Assembly (NCBI RefSeq): GCF_006345805.1
Contig: NC_042998.1
Span: forward strand, 136,090,001-136,154,000
Origin: Octopus sinensis
Lineage: Eukaryota
Length of the DNA stretch: 64,000 bases
Reading direction: 5' to 3'
Positions 62,719 through 64,000 of this stretch are shown here, in pieces. Under the pieces are notes generated by a model. The model was not told the origin of the DNA. It made no database searches and worked only from the letters and a program-made list of their open reading frames with translations. The first letter of the stretch is position 1, and each line of letters begins with the position of its first letter. Position numbers and translations under genes: made by a program.

Positions 62719-64000
62719 CACAAACACACACCAAACACACACACACACACATATATAGTGAAGGTGCATGACTCAGTGGTTAGAGCATCAAACTTATGAT
62801 TGTGAGGTTGTTAGTTTGATTCCTGGTCCGAGCTACGTGTTGTGTTCTTGAGCAACACACTTTATATAGGATTTTTTAAATATTGAATGGCTATGGGGGT
62901 CCACCCAAGTAAAATAGCAATTAAAAGGGGTTCATATATAAAATATAATTGAATGCCACTGAACTAGGGTCTGTAATATTTATTTATAGATAGCAATCTA
63001 GGTAACAGTTCAGCATGCCCTATGCTCCAGACAATGCTGCCAGGAGTAAGTTTAACCCTGGTTCAGAATCAATGATCTAGACATTTCATTCTGCCCGGTT
63101 GAGCTCGCCAAGTTCTGTAGAAAATTGATTGCAAATTTTGACACAAGGCCAGCAACTTTGGGGATTGGGGTAGAGGTAAGTTGATTGACCCCCCCCCCCC
63201 AGTGTTCAACTGTTACTTATTTCATTAACCCTGAAAGGAAAGGATTGAAGGGAATAGTTGACCTCAGCAGAATTTTAACTCAGAACATAAAGCCAGATGA
63301 AATGCTACTAAGCATTTTGCCCAGTATGTTAATGATTCTGCCAGCTCATCACCTCACAAGCCTCACAACAGTACTGTAAAATTAACAATCATTTTGTTAG
63401 CTGTTACCAATGACATAGAGGTGTGTGTCAATTGGAGCTGCCCTCGAGTTTGCCATCCCCTGCCCCTACACTCCACTTCCTATTCAGCTTATATAGCAGA
63501 CCCAAAAGTGCTGCTCCATAAAAGCATCCCCATTGCTGTCCTCCTCTAGCTTTGCCACTCACTTTACACTACTGCTTTCTACTCTCTCTCTAGCTGCATC
63601 ATTTTCTTGTTGATGGCGAAAAGAAAGTATTCACCCCTGCAACATAAGTGCAGGATTGAAATTTGCTTTAGGGTGCAAACCCAGAGTCTTAGGAGGAGCT
63701 TGCACCCTCTGCACCCCCTGTCTCTGAGCCTATGCCCTGCAGCCAATAATGAGTTAAGATAAGGATAAGAATTCAGCAAAGAAATTTGGAAAATAGAAAT
63801 GTAAAAGTAATGCTACTCTGTACTAATGATAAATATTTAATTGACTATTGATGTTAAACTGTAGAAACTTGGAGGTGAGATCATTCAGTAGGTCCTTGAA
63901 CCATTCAATAAGCTCCATTGTCGTATTCAATAAAAGCAATAGGGAAATAGATCTTACAACAGATCTTATTAAGTGCATTCTTAACAAGATCCTCTCTAAG

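Overview
AT-rich, repeat-saturated animal genomic DNA. The SINE/LINE families and the dense (TACA)n/(CA)n/(TA)n/(ATG)n microsatellites look like an octopod cephalopod (Octopus); this is inferred from remembered repeat families, not from a search. No host protein-coding gene can be called with confidence; only a few weak exon candidates exist. The window holds nested mobile elements: a full-length, TSD-flanked RTE LINE inserted at the 3' end of an R4/Dong-like RLE retroelement; two further RTE families (one with a PHD-like finger and a 61-bp 3'UTR minisatellite, one twin-primed with three C2H2 fingers); a Penelope-like element with inverted pseudo-LTRs; mariner, maT (DD37D), Helitron, piggyBac-like, CR1 and hAT remnants; and four tRNA-derived SINE families. 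Two features are invisible in the ORF track. (1) A hammerhead ribozyme with an intact catalytic core at 55404-55448, plus ten near-intact or decayed minimal hammerhead motifs of several sequence families, five of them in or next to long inverted repeats. (2) A U6 snRNA retrocopy fused to a retroposon 3' tail and later split by a SINE dimer with a 19-bp TSD. All alignments and folds were done by eye; boundaries are approximate unless stated to the base.
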